Positions 1 to 9,687 of a stretch of 64,000 bases of DNA are shown one piece after another. The DNA is from Candidatus Woesebacteria bacterium RIFCSPLOWO2_01_FULL_39_23 (GTDB lineage: Bacteria; Patescibacteriota; Microgenomatia; UBA8517). The DNA is taken from contig MGHG01000004.1 of assembly GCA_001793095.1 (NCBI GenBank), positions 7,542 through 71,541 of the forward strand, given 5' to 3'. Position numbers and translations under genes: made by a program. The notes beneath the pieces were generated by a model. That model did not search any database. It saw only the letters and a program-made list of their open reading frames with translations, and was not told the origin of the DNA. Position 1 is the stretch's first letter; every line of letters starts with the position of its first letter.

Positions 1-1946
1 GACTTCTCGATATCTCCAATACGCAAATATGTGAGGGCAAGATTGTAGTATAGCTTTGCATCAGTTGGGGCGAGAACTAATGCGTCTTCAAGGTCTTTTT
101 TAGCTATGCCTAGGTAGTTAGCGTTATATGGGGAAAGATTGATAAATATTCTTGCTTCACTTCGCCTTAAATTGACGTTATATGGTGACAGATTGATGGC
201 GCGTTGCGAGAACAAATATAGCTCATTGACTAAACGATTTCCAAGGTCTTTATCACCCGATTCATATGCTGCATCAACAATTCCTACCCGGATATCTGCC
301 AATTCGGCCCAATATGTTGCTTCTTTGGGAGATAATTTAATTGCTTTTTGAAGTTGGTCGTTGGCGACTTTATAGTTCCCACGGTCATTATTTAGTTTTC
401 CTTTACTGTAAAGTAAATCAGCATACCAATACTTAGCAACAGAGTAAAAGAGCATAAGAGTAAAAGAGCATAAGAGTAAAGCCCCGATCTTCTGGACATG
501 TGAGATTTTTGTTAACTTATTTTCTTCAGCTCTAACGCTATCAGGCTCTAATGTCACTGCCAATGCCGGAAATAGGTAGAAAAGAAGGGATACAGGAACT
601 ACAGAGAAACCGAAGAAATTAGTGACGAGAATGGAGACATAACCAGCTAATAATGCTAAGGTTAATAGGCTTATCTCAACTGACTCTAAGTTTCTTAGAA
701 TAATGCGCATGAAGGTGATTAAGCTGACTATTATTAAGATTAAATAAGACAATAATCCGACTGAGCCGGAGGTTGCTGCGAAATTAAGGTATTCATTGTG
801 GGCTTTATTGTATAAAAAGTCCCACTCAGAAACCAGGTTATGGGCAACGGGACGAAATTTGTAGTACGAAAACGCAAACGTTTCAGCTCCACTACCGAAA
901 ATCGGGTAATGTTTCCAAGTAGCTATAGCTCCTCTCCAGACAATTCTTCTGATTTCGACAGACGATGATCCACCGAGTTCGAGTGCCGGAGAGGCCGTAG
1001 GTTGTAAGCCGTAGGTTGTAGAAGAATCCTTTGTTAAGAGTTGTTTTAAATTGGGAGTCCATGGAGAGCCAGCGATGAGCATGAGTACTAATAAAATTAT
1101 ATTATTAATTAACAATTTCGAAACAAAGCTCTTAGCATTAGTTTTTGATTTTAAAAAAATTACTGCCGTACTAACCCAAAAAGTTATATCCGCCGCCAGA
1201 AATCCCAATAACCCAGAGCGTGATTTTGTATAAAGTAGAGTGATAAAAAGTAATCCAGAGAGTAAAACCCAAAAAGTACTGTTGTGAAGTTTTAAATTTG
1301 CACCCCGTAATTTTTTGAAAATTGAAAATTGAAAATCCCTTGACTTTGCTCGGGATGGTGAGCTTGCCGAACCATTGAAAATTGAAACAGCCCACGTAAG
1401 TGGTAAGATTGCTACCAACCAGGCTGCTAACCAATTGGGTTGTCCGAGCGTGGAAAACACTCTATTTTGTACATCCTGAACCCAAATGTTCTTATCTATG
1501 CCGAAATGTTCAAGAATTCCGTAAGTGCTGACGACTAGTGTACTTATAAAAAGTGCAGTTATAGAGTTTTTGGTGCCCTTGTTATCCACATTCGAAACAT
1601 AAGCCCAGTAGAGGAGAGAGTATGATAAGCTTGACGCAAGCCCTCCGTTAAATCTGGAGTAGTAGCCCAGAAAGGATGTTCTTTGGTCAATCGATATTAT
1701 TGTCGAAATAAATTGGGATAGAAGAAAGATTATAATAGGTATATCTAATATTGTGCGACGAAATAAAAATTTTCTTTTGATAATCGCATCGATCACCCAA
1801 AGACAAGCAATAAGAATAGTTACAAAATAGGCTGTAATTATTTTATTAAATTCGAATATTTCAGAAGTTTGTGGCCAAAGCACCAGTGGAATAAAAAAGA
1901 AAATGAAATAAAATAGGTAAGAAATTAATTTTTTGGGAGCTGTCAT
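1..1946 (-). CDS. O-antigen ligase (Wzy_C/WaaL-like) family polytopic membrane protein with C-terminal TPR repeats; 3' end truncated by window edge
   Basis: Hand translation of the minus strand from ATG (complement of 1944-1946) gives an uninterrupted reading frame to position 1: MTAPKKLISYLFYFIFFF...YNKAHNEYLNFAATSGSVGLLSYL... (ligase-type HN-YL/G-rich motif, about 10 TM helices) then TPR-like ...YWAELADIRV...YNLALTYLRIGDIEK. Absent from the ORF track, presumably because no stop falls inside the window. Confidence 0.6.
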   Translation of the reverse strand, partial: MTAPKKLISYLFYFIFFFIPLVLWPQTSEIFEFNKIITAYFVTILIACLWVIDAIIKRKFLFRRTILDIPIIIFLLSQFISTIISIDQRTSFLGYYSRFNGGLASSLSYSLLYWAYVSNVDNKGTKNSITALFISTLVVSTYGILEHFGIDKNIWVQDVQNRVFSTLGQPNWLAAWLVAILPLTWAVSIFNGSASSPSRAKSRDFQFSIFKKLRGANLKLHNSTFWVLLSGLLFITLLYTKSRSGLLGFLAADITFWVSTAVIFLKSKTNAKSFVSKLLINNIILLVLMLIAGSPWTPNLKQLLTKDSSTTYGLQPTASPALELGGSSSVEIRRIVWRGAIATWKHYPIFGSGAETFAFSYYKFRPVAHNLVSEWDFLYNKAHNEYLNFAATSGSVGLLSYLILIIVSLITFMRIILRNLESVEISLLTLALLAGYVSILVTNFFGFSVVPVSLLFYLFPALAVTLEPDSVRAEENKLTKISHVQKIGALLLCSFTLMLFYSVAKYWYADLLYSKGKLNNDRGNYKVANDQLQKAIKLSPKEATYWAELADIRVGIVDAAYESGDKDLGNRLVNELYLFSQRAINLSPYNVNLRRSEARIFINLSPYNANYLGIAKKDLEDALVLAPTDAKLYYNLALTYLRIGDIEK

Positions 1947-2012
1947 TATCAGGTTCAGTTTACAATATACTAATAGAAATTTCAGCATTTTTAATAAATT
2001 AAAGATTAATTA

Positions 2013-3152
2013 ATGGGAATTAGTATCAAAAATCTCAAACCGAGAATTAAAAAAATCAGGTTGCTTGACGTTGGCAATCCGGTCGACAGAGTTAGATACT
2101 TTCCAAAAGCAGGTTTCAATCGCTTCTGGGGATTGTTTTCTCACGATATTGGAATTGATCTTGGTACTGCGAATACTCTAGTTTGGGTTCGCGGAAAAGG
2201 GATCGTAATCAGAGAACCTTCAGTTGTAGCTAGACATAAAAAAACAAAAGACATTCTTGCAATAGGCGGAGATGCAAAAAAAATGCTTGGGCGGGTGCCT
2301 ACAAATATCGAAATAATACGACCTTTGAAGGATGGTGTAATTGCGGATTTTGACGCAGCTGAACTGATGCTTGCGCATTATATTAAGAAGGTTCATGTGT
2401 CAGGAACTGTGATACCGAAAATTCCGCGCCCCAGAGTTGTTATTGGAATTCCCTCCGGTGTGACTGAAGTTGAAAAAAGAGCAGTGGCGGACGTGGCCTT
2501 GGAAGCCGGTGCGCGAGAAGCAAATTTGGTTGAGGAACCAATGGCAGCAGCGATCGGCGCAAATTTACCTATTACCAAACCTGCAGGTAATTTTATTGTT
2601 GATATTGGAGGAGGGACGTCTGAAATGGCAGTCATTTCTATGGGTGGTATTGTAGTAGGTCGCTCAATCAGAGTTGCTGGGGATGAGATGAATGAAGCAA
2701 TTGTTAATTATGTCAGACTTAAGTACTCACTTTTACTGGGTGAGGCTACTGCCGAAGAGGTGAAGATTGCAATAGGTACCTCTCGGGATGAGAAGGAAAA
2801 ATATTTTGTAGCAAGGGGGAGAGATCTTGAAACAGGATTGCCGAGGTCACTTAAATTAAGTAGCAGCGAAATTTCCGAGGCACTGTCAGAAACTATAAGG
2901 GAGATTGTCGGAAATATTGTCGAAACTTTGGAGGAAACTCCACCTGAGCTGGTATCCGATATTATGGAAAAGGGAATTATATTGGCGGGTGGAGGTTCAC
3001 TAATTCCGGGAATTGAAAGTGTTATCTCAGAAAAGACAAAAATGCCTGTAGTAGTAGCAGAGGATCCGATGTCGTGTGTTGTACGAGGTTGCGGAGCACT
3101 TTTAGAAGATTCTGCCTTGCTTGAAAAAATTAGGTTAACAAGAGGTGTTTAA
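2013..3152 (+). CDS. mreB: rod shape-determining protein MreB (actin-like ATPase)
   Basis: DIGIDLGTANTLVWVRGKGIVIREPSVVA, DGVIADFDAAELML, VIGIPSGVTEVEKRA, IVDIGGGTSE are classic MreB motifs. True start may lie downstream of 2013. Confidence 0.9.
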   Translation: MGISIKNLKPRIKKIRLLDVGNPVDRVRYFPKAGFNRFWGLFSHDIGIDLGTANTLVWVRGKGIVIREPSVVARHKKTKDILAIGGDAKKMLGRVPTNIEIIRPLKDGVIADFDAAELMLAHYIKKVHVSGTVIPKIPRPRVVIGIPSGVTEVEKRAVADVALEAGAREANLVEEPMAAAIGANLPITKPAGNFIVDIGGGTSEMAVISMGGIVVGRSIRVAGDEMNEAIVNYVRLKYSLLLGEATAEEVKIAIGTSRDEKEKYFVARGRDLETGLPRSLKLSSSEISEALSETIREIVGNIVETLEETPPELVSDIMEKGIILAGGGSLIPGIESVISEKTKMPVVVAEDPMSCVVRGCGALLEDSALLEKIRLTRGV

Positions 3153-3154
3153 AT

Positions 3155-4837
3155 ATGAGACCCTTATCTCAACCGCAACGGGATCCGACTTTATATATTT
3201 GGATACTGCGATTGATATTACTTTTAGTTTTTATTGTTCTTCTGGCAAGGATAACTGAACTCCAGGTTATTGAGGGTAGTTACTATCGGGCTCTGGCCGA
3301 AGAAAACAGGATAAGAAAAGTAAGTATTAGCGCTCCGCGTGGAAAAATATTAGCCCGGGGAGGAGAGATGTTAGTCGGTAACAATGAAATAGATAAGCGT
3401 ATTATATTTGATCCGAATACGGGTTATACAAAAAGCGACAACCTAAGCGGAGCGAAACCTGAGGAATTAGTCAAAGAATGGATAAGAAATTATCCATTGG
3501 GGAAAAAATTTGCGCACGTAAGCGGTTACTTAGGTCGCGCGAATGTTGATGAAGTTGGGCGCGTCGATTCAAAATGTTCAGATAAGGGTATAAAAAGTAA
3601 TGACTCTTTAGTGGGACGAGGGGGGTTGGAAGAATATTATGACTGTGTCTTGAGGGGCATAGATGGTGAGGAATTAATTGAAGTTGATTCGAAAGGCGAG
3701 AAGGTAAGAATTCTAGGTAAAAGGGACCCGACTTCGGGAAATGATATTAAAACTACGATTGATTACCCGCTACAGGAATTTATTGCCGAGAAACTTGAAG
3801 GACAAAAAGGGACAATTATCGTCTCCGATTCGAAAGATGAAATATTAGCATTATACTCGTCGCCGACGTACGATCCGAATACTTTTATTAACCCGCCGTC
3901 GGTGGATGTAATTGAAAAAATACTTAATGATCAGGATTTGCCCCTATTCAACAGAGCCATATCAGGGGTTTATCATCCTGGATCGACGTTCAAGCCTGTT
4001 GTGGCTCTCGCAGGACTCGAGGAAGGTGTAATTGATAAGGATTATATATATGAAGACACTGGACGACTGGTAATTAATACTCCATACGGAACATTTTCTT
4101 ATTCGAACTGGTATTTCACGCAGTATGGAGGTGTTGAGGGAAGGATTAATTTAGAACGGGCACTCGCGCGTTCCACAGATACCTTTTTTTATAATCTGGG
4201 TGGTTTATTGGGAGTGGATAAAATTGATCTTTGGGCAAATAAATTCGGCATGTCCCAAATGACTTTGATAGACTTACCGGGTGAAATTAGCGGATTGGTT
4301 CCTTCACCGGAGTGGAAAGAGAAAGTCAAAGGAGAAAGGTGGTTTTTGGGTAATACTTACCACATGTCGATTGGCCAGGGAGATATTGCCGTGACACCTT
4401 TGGAGCTTAATCGGGCTATTACTGCAATTGCTAATAAAGGTAGTTTATGTGTACCACATCTGTTATCTGCTGAGGTGTCAGGAAATTTCCATTTTCCAGT
4501 CTCTATTTTCCAGTGCAAGGATCTAGGAACTAAAGAGGAAAACATCAAGCTTGTAAAACAAGGGATGGAGGATGCGTGTTCTCCAGGTGGAACAGGATTT
4601 CCATTTTTTGACTTTAAAGAAAAGAATCCAAGGCATGTTAGCGTAGCTTGTAAAACTGGTACAGCCGAAACTGGCGTCAACAATAAAACTCATGCTTGGT
4701 TTACAGCTTTCGCACCTATGGATAAACCGGAAATTATTGCCACAGTACTAGTGGAAGAAGGCGGAGAAGGCTCGGCCGTTGCGGGCCCTATTGCGCGGGA
4801 TATATTTGATTATTGGTTCGCTGCAGATTCGAAATAG
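3155..4837 (+). CDS. mrdA: peptidoglycan D,D-transpeptidase (penicillin-binding protein 2)
   Basis: N-terminal membrane anchor; STFKP (SxxK) active-site motif; KTGTA (KTG) motif; immediately downstream of mreB in the usual elongasome order. Confidence 0.85.
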   Translation: MRPLSQPQRDPTLYIWILRLILLLVFIVLLARITELQVIEGSYYRALAEENRIRKVSISAPRGKILARGGEMLVGNNEIDKRIIFDPNTGYTKSDNLSGAKPEELVKEWIRNYPLGKKFAHVSGYLGRANVDEVGRVDSKCSDKGIKSNDSLVGRGGLEEYYDCVLRGIDGEELIEVDSKGEKVRILGKRDPTSGNDIKTTIDYPLQEFIAEKLEGQKGTIIVSDSKDEILALYSSPTYDPNTFINPPSVDVIEKILNDQDLPLFNRAISGVYHPGSTFKPVVALAGLEEGVIDKDYIYEDTGRLVINTPYGTFSYSNWYFTQYGGVEGRINLERALARSTDTFFYNLGGLLGVDKIDLWANKFGMSQMTLIDLPGEISGLVPSPEWKEKVKGERWFLGNTYHMSIGQGDIAVTPLELNRAITAIANKGSLCVPHLLSAEVSGNFHFPVSIFQCKDLGTKEENIKLVKQGMEDACSPGGTGFPFFDFKEKNPRHVSVACKTGTAETGVNNKTHAWFTAFAPMDKPEIIATVLVEEGGEGSAVAGPIARDIFDYWFAADSK

Positions 4838-4882
4838 TAGGGAAATATTTGTTACTGACAAGGTCCGACCTTAGAGGAAATT

Positions 4883-5965
4883 ATGAATGAACGTGAATAC
4901 TTAATTGCACTTGCCTCTTTTATGTCATTTGGTCCGGCAAGGATAAAGCTGATGCTTTCCTATTTCGGTTCGGCGAAAAAAACCTGGGATGTACAAAAAG
5001 AAGATCTATTGGAAATTGGTCTTAAAGAGCAAAGTGTTAATGATTTTATAAAATACCGAGAAGGTATCGAATTGCCGAAATATTTTAATGACTTAAAAAG
5101 ACACTCAATAGGATGTATCACAATAAATGATCATGAATATCCCCAGAATTTACGAGGCTTGGGAGACGCTCCTTTAGTTCTATATCTACGAGGAAGACTA
5201 ATTAGTTCCGATATCAACTCTGTCGCAATTGTCGGGAGTCGAAAAATGACTTCATACGGAAGAGAAGTTACCGAGAGGCTGTCCCGGGAACTTGCGAGTT
5301 TGGGTATAACGGTTGTTTCTGGCCTTGCTTTCGGAATAGATATTACAGCGCATAGAAGTGCACTAGAAGCCGATGGAAGATGTGTTGCCGTCTTAGCTTC
5401 AGGAATAGACATTATTACACCCAGATCGAATGAGTGGCTGGGTCTTGAAATAATTAAAAAGGGTGGAGCGATTATCTCTGAATATCCGCCGGGAGTAATT
5501 CCTCAGAAATACTTCTTTCCCTATAGAAATAGGATAATTTCCGGTTTGTCGAAAGCTGTAATTGTTGTTGAAGGCATGATAAAAAGCGGTACAATTCATA
5601 CCGCGAAGCACGCAGCTGATCAGGGGCGTCAAGTATTTGCCGTACCCGGACAGATTACCTCACCAATGAGCGGTGCGCCCCACTATTTAATAAAAAATGG
5701 TGCAAGAATGTTAACAGACGTAAAAGATATCTTGGATGAGCTGGACATGCAATTAAAAGTTGATAAGGATATAGTCGAGCGGGTTATGCCATCTGATATT
5801 TATGAAGAGAAATTGATTGAGGTTTTGGCAAATGAACCGTTATACATTGACGAGATTGGTAGAATATCAGGGTTGACGGTTTCAACTATTTCAAGCAAAC
5901 TTACTGTCATGGAATTAAAAGGGATGGTTAAAAACATTGGCGGAGGAATATACAGAAAATGCTAA
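4883..5965 (+). CDS. dprA: DNA processing protein A (DprA/Smf)
   Basis: GSRKMTSYGREVTERLSRELASLGITVVSGLAFGIDITAHRSAL is the Rossmann-like DprA core; C-terminal winged-helix-like tail. Confidence 0.85.
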   Translation: MNEREYLIALASFMSFGPARIKLMLSYFGSAKKTWDVQKEDLLEIGLKEQSVNDFIKYREGIELPKYFNDLKRHSIGCITINDHEYPQNLRGLGDAPLVLYLRGRLISSDINSVAIVGSRKMTSYGREVTERLSRELASLGITVVSGLAFGIDITAHRSALEADGRCVAVLASGIDIITPRSNEWLGLEIIKKGGAIISEYPPGVIPQKYFFPYRNRIISGLSKAVIVVEGMIKSGTIHTAKHAADQGRQVFAVPGQITSPMSGAPHYLIKNGARMLTDVKDILDELDMQLKVDKDIVERVMPSDIYEEKLIEVLANEPLYIDEIGRISGLTVSTISSKLTVMELKGMVKNIGGGIYRKC

Positions 5966-6008
5966 ATGGCAAAAATATGAATTCTAAATTTAGCATTTAG
6001 TTTTTTAG
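5960..6008 (+). terminator. putative rho-independent terminator after dprA
   Basis: TGCTAAAT (5960-5967) pairs with ATTTAGCA (5988-5995), followed by T-rich tttagttttttagca. Confidence 0.4.
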
Positions 6009-6018
6009 CATTTATCTT

Positions 6019-8136
6019 TTGATAATGGAATTAATAATCGTTGAGAGTCCCACTAAAGCAAAAACCTTGTCCCGATTTCTCGGGAAAGATTATTCTGTCG
6101 AGGCGACAATGGGCCATATCATGGATCTTCCTAAAAGCAAACTTTCCATTGACGTAGAACATAATTTTAAGCCTGATTATGTTTTAGTTCCGAAGAGGGC
6201 AGATACCGTTAAGAAGATCAAAGATGTTGCAAAAAAAGCTTCACATATTTATCTTGCATCCGACCCTGATCGTGAAGGTGAAGCGATAGCGCACCATGTG
6301 GAAAAGATATTAAGAGATAGAGATATAAAGATATTTGGAGAAAAGGAAAGTAAAAGTCGCTCAATATCTAAATATCCTAATATCCCTATATCTCGCATTG
6401 TATTCCACGAAATTACAAAAGAGGCTGTTGAGGAAGCAATTGCCCATCCTCGAGCCATCGATAAAAACTTGGTTGATGCTCAAATTGCCAGGAGGGTGTT
6501 GGATAGACTAGTAGGTTATAAATTATCTCCCCTTTTATGGAAAAAAGTAAGAATCGGGTTGTCCGCAGGAAGGGTGCAGTCGGTTGCGGTTAGATTAATC
6601 GTAGATAGAGAAAAAGATATCAAGGCATTTAAATCGGAAGAATACTGGGAAATATATTGCGAAGTAAAGTCTCAAAAATTCCAAGAATCCAAAACTCCAA
6701 TATTTAAAATTCAACTAATTAAAATTGGAGGTAACAAGGCGATAATTAATAACGACAAGGAAGCGAAGTTGGTCGTTTCGGACTTAGAAAAATCTGAATA
6801 TAAAGTTCTTGATATTAAAAGCAAAGAAGTTAGAAAAAATCCGTTTCCGCCTTTTACTACCTCAACCATGTCTCAATCTGCTGCTAGGTTATTAGGCTGG
6901 TCTGCAAAAAAAACAATGAGTGTTGCACAGAAACTTTATGAAGAAGGACTTATCACTTACCACAGAACGGATTCGACTAATATTTCTTTACAAGCGATCG
7001 ACAAAGTCAGGCAATTTATAAAAGCTGAATACGGTAATAAATATTTCCCGGAAAAACCGAGGTTTTATAAGACGTCATCGAAAGTTGCGCAGGAAGCACA
7101 TGAAGCTATAAGACCGACAAATGTTGAATTAACAAACGACAAATTACAAACAACAAGCAATAAGTTTGTCAATGATTTGAGAAAACTATACGAATTGATA
7201 TGGAAGAGGTTTGTAGCCTGCCAAATGTCGCCGAGTATGTATGACGAAACAACGATAGATGTTACCGCCACTCACACTTCCGAGGTGAAAGACGTTCACA
7301 CCTCGGAGGTGTATGTTTTGCGAGCCTCAGGACAGGTGATGAAATTTGACGGTTGGCGGAAAGTAATTCCTCTGGCGAAGGGCGATGAACAGGTTCTTCC
7401 TATTATTGAGAAAGATGAAGAATTGGATTTAATGATAGTCCTACCTGAACAGAAGTTTACCCAGCCGTCGCCAAGATACAACGAAGCATCTCTTATTAAA
7501 ACTTTAGAAAAACTCGGAATAGGAAGGCCATCGACGTACGCTCCGATCATTACGACAATTCAACTTAGACAGTATGTAGAGAAGAGTGAAGGTAAATTTA
7601 TTCCTACAAGTATAGGAATTGCTGTAAATGATTTCCTTGTTCAAAACTTCCCCGATGAAATGGATTTTACGTTTACAGCTAAAATGGAAGACGATCTTGA
7701 TAATATTGCAAACGGAAAAGTTAAGTGGGTTAAAGAAATTAGTGATTTTTGGAAACCTTTTGATAAAAAGCTTCTGGAAGTTGAGAAAAAATCAAAGAGA
7801 GTAAAAATAGAAACCGAGAAATTGGGTAAGAAATGCCCCGAATGTGGAGAAGGCCACCGGCCCAAAGGGTCCTCAGGCCCGGGGGGCGAACTGGTGATAA
7901 GGACGGGTCGTTTCGGAAAATTTATTTCCTGTTCCCGATTTCCCGACTGCAAATATACCGAGAAATATATGGAAAAGATAGATATGAAGTGTCCTGAGTG
8001 TAAAATAGGGGACGTAATAATCAAAAAGACAAGAAAGGGGAGAGTTTTTTACGGATGTTCACGCTATCCGGATTGTAAATTTGCATCCTGGCAAAAACCA
8101 AAAGACAATAAATCAGTAAATTCAGCAACTACCTAA
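6019..8136 (+). CDS. topA: DNA topoisomerase I
   Basis: TOPRIM N-terminus IIVESPTKAKTLSRFLG; catalytic region YHRTDST; C-terminal Cys4 zinc ribbons (CPECGEG...CSRFPDC, CPECKIG...CSRYPDC). Confidence 0.9.
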   Translation: MIMELIIVESPTKAKTLSRFLGKDYSVEATMGHIMDLPKSKLSIDVEHNFKPDYVLVPKRADTVKKIKDVAKKASHIYLASDPDREGEAIAHHVEKILRDRDIKIFGEKESKSRSISKYPNIPISRIVFHEITKEAVEEAIAHPRAIDKNLVDAQIARRVLDRLVGYKLSPLLWKKVRIGLSAGRVQSVAVRLIVDREKDIKAFKSEEYWEIYCEVKSQKFQESKTPIFKIQLIKIGGNKAIINNDKEAKLVVSDLEKSEYKVLDIKSKEVRKNPFPPFTTSTMSQSAARLLGWSAKKTMSVAQKLYEEGLITYHRTDSTNISLQAIDKVRQFIKAEYGNKYFPEKPRFYKTSSKVAQEAHEAIRPTNVELTNDKLQTTSNKFVNDLRKLYELIWKRFVACQMSPSMYDETTIDVTATHTSEVKDVHTSEVYVLRASGQVMKFDGWRKVIPLAKGDEQVLPIIEKDEELDLMIVLPEQKFTQPSPRYNEASLIKTLEKLGIGRPSTYAPIITTIQLRQYVEKSEGKFIPTSIGIAVNDFLVQNFPDEMDFTFTAKMEDDLDNIANGKVKWVKEISDFWKPFDKKLLEVEKKSKRVKIETEKLGKKCPECGEGHRPKGSSGPGGELVIRTGRFGKFISCSRFPDCKYTEKYMEKIDMKCPECKIGDVIIKKTRKGRVFYGCSRYPDCKFASWQKPKDNKSVNSATT

Positions 8137-8149
8137 CAAGACCTCACCT

Positions 8150-9190
8150 TTAAAGGGAAACTTTTGTAAGTACGTAACCCCGACCTTTAACATTTTTCAA
8201 ATTGAAATTATTTTTTATCTTTGGTTTAAGACGGGATATCACTTTGTATATTGCCCAAAGTGAAAAGTTGTCGTCCGACATTTTCATAAGTGCTGCTAAA
8301 TTATCTAAGCTTACAATCTTTCCCTCATTTTCGCTGAAAAAAGATAATATTTTTGTTTCGGTATCGCTAAGTTGAGGATAGAGACGAGTTATCATTTCGG
8401 ATCTGAAGTTCTTTATGTAATATTTCAAAAGACTTGATTTTAATCGGTAATTCCCGTCCGTTAACCCCAATAAATAGGCTTGTTTTTTATTATGCGTAAT
8501 AAGAATTATAGTAAGTAACTTAAGCTGGAAACTAATTTGAGGTATGAGGATTAGTTTATCTTTATTGCTTAGGGGAATGTGTGATTCATAAAGCTCTTTG
8601 GTTAAATATTTTATAATTCTCGGGATTCCTCCTGAAAGATGATATATTTCATCAAAAACCGACAGATTTATATTCCACCCATAATAGTTAATAAGAGAGT
8701 TAATCATGCTAGCTGTTTGGATAGTGTCAAAAGGGAGAAAATAGATAATATCTGAGAAAAAAACTGTCGTCAGTGCTTGATGAGAAGAAGGGTACAATAA
8801 TGCTTCCTGGTTCGAAATTGCAAGATAAGTTAAATATTTTGGATTTTTCCTTCTTAAACTATCCAATTTCTCTAATGTCTTAGGTTTGTCTTCGATCTGC
8901 TCGAAAAACCTGATTATTAATAGTTTGTTTTTTAGATTATTGGCAAATATCAGCTTTTTTGTGAAGTCTATTATATTTTCATTCTCCAGTTCAGGATCAT
9001 AAACGTAAATTTCATCAAACAGTTTGTCGCTCCTAAAGTTGAAGCTTAAGAAATTAAAGATCGTTTTTTCACCGAATCCGGGAATTACAGAGAGACAAAC
9101 GTTTTCGCCTTTGGTTAATGAACTACTGACTTTTTGGTAAAGATTCCCAAAGTAATCCTTAGGTAATGTTTCGAAATATGCTTTGTTCAT
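8150..9190 (-). CDS. hypothetical regulator: degenerate P-loop ATPase-like N-domain fused to an OmpR/PhoB-type winged-helix DNA-binding C-domain
   Basis: Walker-A-like IPGFGEKT near the N-terminus; C-terminus LSDTETKILSFF...KVISRLKPKI...NVKGRGYVL resembles the trans_reg_C wHTH (compare GVGYRL). Confidence 0.4.
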   Translation of the reverse strand: MNKAYFETLPKDYFGNLYQKVSSSLTKGENVCLSVIPGFGEKTIFNFLSFNFRSDKLFDEIYVYDPELENENIIDFTKKLIFANNLKNKLLIIRFFEQIEDKPKTLEKLDSLRRKNPKYLTYLAISNQEALLYPSSHQALTTVFFSDIIYFLPFDTIQTASMINSLINYYGWNINLSVFDEIYHLSGGIPRIIKYLTKELYESHIPLSNKDKLILIPQISFQLKLLTIILITHNKKQAYLLGLTDGNYRLKSSLLKYYIKNFRSEMITRLYPQLSDTETKILSFFSENEGKIVSLDNLAALMKMSDDNFSLWAIYKVISRLKPKIKNNFNLKNVKGRGYVLTKVSL

Positions 9191-9333
9191 GTCAAAAATA
9201 TCTGTAGGTAATGCAGGTTTTTGAATGTATACCAGATTGGTATATAAATATCAAATTATGTCCAAAATAGGTCAAAAATCTATAAGATAATAGTCAAGCT
9301 AGGAAGTCTTTGTAAAGTTATATTCTTGTCAAG

Positions 9334-9609
9334 ATGAAAGAACAAAGCTTTTTTTATACACGAGAAGAAGCTGAAAAAATTGTTGATCAACAAACCTTGA
9401 ATTTTTTAAGAAATTTAAGGTTGGGATTAATTCAAAATGGATTTAACTGTGTGCCCGGTATGTGTCCTGAAAGAGTTTCTGGGATATATAACAATCCTAT
9501 GAACATTAGACTTGATGAAATATCTAGGGTTGCTAAAGCTTTGGGGATGACTGTAAGAGAAATTTTTGGTGTTCGAGTGAGTACCAAAGATCGACAGGAT
9601 AATACTTAA
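9334..9609 (+). CDS. small hypothetical protein, possible HTH (XRE-like) DNA-binding
   Basis: RLDEISRVAKALGMTVREIFG resembles an HTH recognition helix; low confidence. Confidence 0.3.
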   Translation: MKEQSFFYTREEAEKIVDQQTLNFLRNLRLGLIQNGFNCVPGMCPERVSGIYNNPMNIRLDEISRVAKALGMTVREIFGVRVSTKDRQDNT

Positions 9610-9687
9610 TAGTAACCCTACCTTGTAGGGGTTACCCCATAAAGTATTAAGGGGGGTTGGAAATTATTAACCCTGAGAGATAATAAA

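Noticed and set aside
1171-1434. Track ORF (87 aa, minus) and the other short track ORFs in 139-1434
   Set aside because: They lie in alternative frames inside the long edge-truncated minus-strand ORF (1-1946), which has a coherent membrane-protein translation; treated as spurious.
2393-8024. Many short antisense or alternative-frame track ORFs inside mreB, mrdA, dprA and topA (e.g. 2393-2635, 4357-4683, 5131-5632, 7641-8024)
   Set aside because: Fully embedded in strongly supported genes on the opposite strand or in another frame; no motifs; typical shadow ORFs.
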